Shown: positions 60,676 to 64,000 of the stretch, in pieces
How the letters are laid out: each line of letters starts with the position of its first letter
Position numbering within the stretch: position 1 is the stretch's first letter
Assembly: GCA_050012675.1 (NCBI GenBank)
Contig: JBEKGS010000009.1
Coordinates: 1,329 to 65,328 of the forward strand
Origin: Acidimicrobiales bacterium
GTDB taxonomy: Bacteria > Actinomycetota > Acidimicrobiia > Acidimicrobiales > Bog-793
Direction: 5' to 3'
Length of the DNA stretch: 64,000 bases
The notes under the pieces: generated by a model
What the model saw: only the letters and a program-made list of their open reading frames with translations
What the model was told of the DNA's origin: nothing
The model's database searches: none
Position numbers and translations under genes: made by a program

Positions 60676-62441
60676 CCGGCACTGGCTCGCGAGGCGTGGG
60701 TGAAACTGATCGTCGAGCCCTCGGCTCTGGCCCACAATCGTTGCCGGCCGGCATCGAGGTGCTGGTAGTCGGGGCGGGCATCATCGGGGCCGCCGTCGCG
60801 AACAGGCTGGCGGCTGCCGGTTTGGAGGTCTGCCTTCTCGATCGCGTCGGCCCGGCCGCGGGCACCTCTTCGGCCGGCGAGGGCAATGTGCTTGTATCCG
60901 ACAAGATGCCTGGCCCGGAGCTGGCCCTCGCCTTGCGGGGGGCGGAGCTGTGGCACGAGCTGGCGCTAGAGGCAGGAGAGGAGATCGAATTCGAGGCCAA
61001 GGGCGGCCTCGTGGTGGCCCACGACGAGAAGGAACTTGAAGCGCTGTCCGCCCTGGCCGAGTCACAGCGCCAGTTGGGAACGCGCGTCGAGCTGGTTACC
61101 GGTCGCGCCTTGCGGGATCTGGAGCCGGCCCTCACCGAGGATCTGCGTGGCGGTGTGTTCTATGAGCAGGATTGCCAGGTCCAGCCCATGGCGGCTGTCG
61201 ACTTCCTCGTCCGCCAGTTCCGCTCGCACGGAGGTTGCCTGGTAAGGGGGGCCGAGGTCGTGGGCGCGGACCACGACAGTGAGGGCAAGGTCTGCTCGGT
61301 CCGCACCAGCGCGGGCACCGTCGCTGTCGGGACGTGCGTCGTCAACGCCTCAGGCCCCTGGGCGGGTGAGGTGGCGCAGCGCTTGGGAGCCGGCATACCG
61401 GTCGAGCCCCGGCGCGGCCATGTCCTTGTGACCGAACCGGAGCCTCAGTTCGTTCGGCACAAGGTCTACGAGGCCGGCTATGTGAGCACAGTCCACGACG
61501 ACGGCACCGGCCTAGCCTGCTCTGCGGTCGTCGAGGCGACCCGGAGCGGCACCGTGCTCCTCGGCTCCTCCCGGGAGTTCGTGGGCTTCTCCAGGGAGCT
61601 CGACCCAAGGATCATAAGGACAATCGCGGCTCGCGCCCTCGCCCTGTTCCCGGACCTTGCCCGGGCCCGCCTGATGCGGGCCTACGTCGGCTTCCGTCCG
61701 ACGACGCCCGACCGGCTCCCCATCATCGGCGCGGACAGCGCTGTCGGCGGCCTCTACCACGCAACGGGCCACGAGGGAGCGGGCATCGGCCTGGCACTGG
61801 TCACCGCCGAGATCGTCGAGTCGCTACTTTTCGGCCGGGCGCCTTCCATGGACCTGGCGCCGTTTGCCCCTGCACGGTTTGCCGCTGCGGCACGAACCGG
61901 CACAACCAGCGCCAGCGTCCTCAACGTCCCGAATGAAGCAGTGGAAAGAAGAACGGCGAGGCCGCCGGCCAGTGCCGGTACTGCCCCCGCACGCCGCCAC
62001 ACGACGTCAAGACTGGCCGAGCAAAGGCTGCTCACGGCGCTTCGCTCTTGGCGCCACGAGCCCCCCTCTGCCGTATCTGCTCGCCCGCCGCTGCTGCGGT
62101 TCCGTTTCGACGGTCGAGAGCTCATGGCTCCACGCGGCAGCACCATCGCGGGAGCTCTGCTGTCCAACGGCGAGCGGGCATGGAGGACGACCCGAACGGG
62201 CGGCCAGCGACGGGGGCTCTTCTGCGGGATCGGCACCTGTTTTGACTGCCTCGTCGACCTGAACGGCGACAAAGCCGTCCGTGCCTGCCTGGCCCTGCTC
62301 CAGGAGGGGGACGAAGTTTGTAGTTCGGCCTCGGTCGGCACTGCAGGGCTGTTCGGTGCCCCCAACAGGCAGTGGCCGACGCCGGGCAGTGCGCCGGCGC
62401 AGCGGGCGATCGGCGAAGTGGGGCACCACCGGGATGCCTGA
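60672..62441 (+). CDS. DAO-family FAD oxidoreductase fused to a 2Fe-2S subunit (D-hydroxyproline dehydrogenase / HcnC+HcnA-like)
   Basis: GAGIIG, GFRP and GHEGAGI, then FRFDG..CGIGTCFDC..AC in the same frame. Confidence 0.82.
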   Translation: MTGTGSRGVGETDRRALGSGPQSLPAGIEVLVVGAGIIGAAVANRLAAAGLEVCLLDRVGPAAGTSSAGEGNVLVSDKMPGPELALALRGAELWHELALEAGEEIEFEAKGGLVVAHDEKELEALSALAESQRQLGTRVELVTGRALRDLEPALTEDLRGGVFYEQDCQVQPMAAVDFLVRQFRSHGGCLVRGAEVVGADHDSEGKVCSVRTSAGTVAVGTCVVNASGPWAGEVAQRLGAGIPVEPRRGHVLVTEPEPQFVRHKVYEAGYVSTVHDDGTGLACSAVVEATRSGTVLLGSSREFVGFSRELDPRIIRTIAARALALFPDLARARLMRAYVGFRPTTPDRLPIIGADSAVGGLYHATGHEGAGIGLALVTAEIVESLLFGRAPSMDLAPFAPARFAAAARTGTTSASVLNVPNEAVERRTARPPASAGTAPARRHTTSRLAEQRLLTALRSWRHEPPSAVSARPPLLRFRFDGRELMAPRGSTIAGALLSNGERAWRTTRTGGQRRGLFCGIGTCFDCLVDLNGDKAVRACLALLQEGDEVCSSASVGTAGLFGAPNRQWPTPGSAPAQRAIGEVGHHRDA

Positions 62442-63822
62442 GGTCGTAGTTGTGGGTGCAGGGCCGGCGGGCATGGCCGCTGCCGCCGCGTGCTCCCGCC
62501 GGGGTGCTCGGGTGGTCCTGGTCGACGGCGCGCCTCGTTTGGGCGGTCAGTACTTCCGCCAACCGCTGGCGGAACCGATGAGCAACAGTGGTCAGCCCGC
62601 CGTTCCGGCCGGCCTGCGGCTCCCGGCGCGGTTCCACCACCTGACGGCGAACCCGGCTGTCGAGCTCCGACTCGGTAGCGAAGTCTGGTCGGTTTCGAGG
62701 GGCCTCTCGGGCTTCACCCTCCGTCTCACCGACGGCGCGCCGGCGGAGCTCCATTCGCCGGCTCTCGTACTGGCCACAGGAGCATCCGAGCTGACGCTCC
62801 CATTCCCCGGATGGGAGCTCCCGGGTGTCGCCACCGCGGGTGCCGCGCAAGCTCTGTTCAAGTCCCAGCACGTCCCCATCGGCCGGCGGGTCGTGGTGGC
62901 CGGCACCGGGCCTTTCCTGCTACCGGTGGCGGCCGCGTTGGCCGAAGCAGGCACCCGGGTAGTCGTGGTCGAGGCAGCGCGGGCCAGCTCGGCGCCGAGG
63001 GCCGTGCCCACCCTCCTGCGGTACCCCCAGAAGCTGAGGGAGGCGGCCGGATACGGCCTGGTGCTGGCCCGCCACCGGGTGCCGGTGCTCACCGGCTGGG
63101 GTGTCGTCCGCTGCGAGGGCGAGGGCCATGTCGAGCGGGCGATCCTTGCCCGCCTGGGGCCCAATTGGGAACGGCTGCCTGAACCGGTCCGGACCATCGC
63201 CGCCGACGCGGTCTGCGTCTCTTACGGGTTCGTGCCCCGCCTGGAGCTTGCGGTCCAGCTCGGTGCGACCGCCTTTAGCCGCCCCGACCAGCTGGCGGCG
63301 GGCGTCGTGACGGATGCCACCATGGGCACCTCCGTCGGTGGCCTGTTCGTCGCCGGAGAGCTGGCGGGAGTCGCCGGCGCCGAGGTGGCCGAGCTCGAAG
63401 GCGAGCTCGCTGGGCACTCTGCGGCCTCATACCTCGGGCTGGCCGACGATCGTGGCCCCGCGGAAAGACGGCGGCTCGTTCAGCGCCTCGGCCGCAGCCG
63501 CGCGTTCACGGGACTGTTGTCGGCCCTCTACCCCCTGCGCGCCGGCTGGAGCTCGCGACTCGAGCCGTCGACGGTCTTCTGCCGGTGCGAGCAGGTGCCC
63601 TGGGAGGCGGTCGAAGCCGCCATCGCCCGGGGTGCCACGACAGTCCGTGAGGTCCGCAGCGTTACTCGCTGCGGAATGGGCTATTGCCAGGGCCGGACCT
63701 GCGGGCCAGCCCTGCAGATGGCGGTCTCGTCCCTCGCAAGCCGACCGCTCGACGAGGTCGGCGACCTGCACAATCGCCCGGTGGCCGTGCCGGTCTTCTT
63801 GGGCAGGGTCGCCAGCTCGTAG
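62434..63822 (+). CDS. NAD(P)/FAD oxidoreductase with BFD-like 2Fe-2S domain (HcnB / opine oxidase A-like)
   Basis: GAGPAG, ATGA, PGW, CRCE and CGMGYCQGRTC motifs. Confidence 0.88.
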   Translation: MPEVVVVGAGPAGMAAAAACSRRGARVVLVDGAPRLGGQYFRQPLAEPMSNSGQPAVPAGLRLPARFHHLTANPAVELRLGSEVWSVSRGLSGFTLRLTDGAPAELHSPALVLATGASELTLPFPGWELPGVATAGAAQALFKSQHVPIGRRVVVAGTGPFLLPVAAALAEAGTRVVVVEAARASSAPRAVPTLLRYPQKLREAAGYGLVLARHRVPVLTGWGVVRCEGEGHVERAILARLGPNWERLPEPVRTIAADAVCVSYGFVPRLELAVQLGATAFSRPDQLAAGVVTDATMGTSVGGLFVAGELAGVAGAEVAELEGELAGHSAASYLGLADDRGPAERRRLVQRLGRSRAFTGLLSALYPLRAGWSSRLEPSTVFCRCEQVPWEAVEAAIARGATTVREVRSVTRCGMGYCQGRTCGPALQMAVSSLASRPLDEVGDLHNRPVAVPVFLGRVASS

Positions 63823-63882
63823 CTTAGGCTTGGCGGCCGCCGGGCTCGGAGAGGAGACCTGGCGTGCCGCGAGGAGGTTGAC

Positions 63883-64000
63883 ATGGGGTTGTCGGCGGAC
63901 AGGGTCGACCGGATGGAGGTCTACAGCTGTCCTCTCACCTATGCCCACGGTAGCTACGTGATGTCAGCCAACCGGACGATCACGACTCTGGAAAGCACCG
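63883..64000 (+). CDS. Partial, probable enolase-superfamily (mandelate racemase-like) hydroxyproline enzyme
   Basis: RBS GAGGAGG, then MGLSADRVDRMEVYSCPLTYAHGSYVMSANRTITTLEST; resembles the N-terminus of cis-3-hydroxyproline dehydratase / HpbD-type enzymes. Confidence 0.55.
   Translation, partial: MGLSADRVDRMEVYSCPLTYAHGSYVMSANRTITTLEST

Noticed and set aside
60672-63822. Hydrogen cyanide synthase hcnABC
   Set aside because: Same protein families, but the flanking proline racemase genes favour D-hydroxyproline or D-proline dehydrogenase

Overview
High-GC, gene-dense chromosomal window, most likely actinobacterial (inferred from gene content and the tmRNA). I see no CRISPR array, rRNA, integrase or transposase. 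Four blocks stand out. (1) 6.2-22.7 kb is a purine-catabolism island: a PLP beta-family enzyme, an 8-oxoguanine deaminase-like enzyme, two non-canonical carbamoyltransferases (one YgeW-like), carbamate kinase, a single-chain Xdh of the selenium-dependent type and an SsnA-like hydrolase, facing ade, xdh FAD/FeS/Mo subunits and an LLM oxidoreductase. It resembles a rewired anaerobic urate (2,8-dioxopurine) pathway. (2) 33.1-41.6 kb is a compact cyclic-nucleotide cassette: a REC-cyclase with Gln at the substrate-specifying position, a cNMP-binding protein with an unrecognised N-terminal domain, an MBL phosphodiesterase-like enzyme, an ABC ATPase, a membrane GAF kinase, two regulators and a broken FtsX permease. 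(3) 44.8-48.9 kb holds ssrA-smpB, mec-rph-rdgB, a small Cys-rich ORF and a single-chain Phd-RelE antitoxin-toxin fusion. (4) 49.5-64 kb is an Opp/Dpp transporter plus S9 peptidase, divergent from a hydroxyproline-type catabolic operon. All functional calls come from motif reading only; no database search was run.
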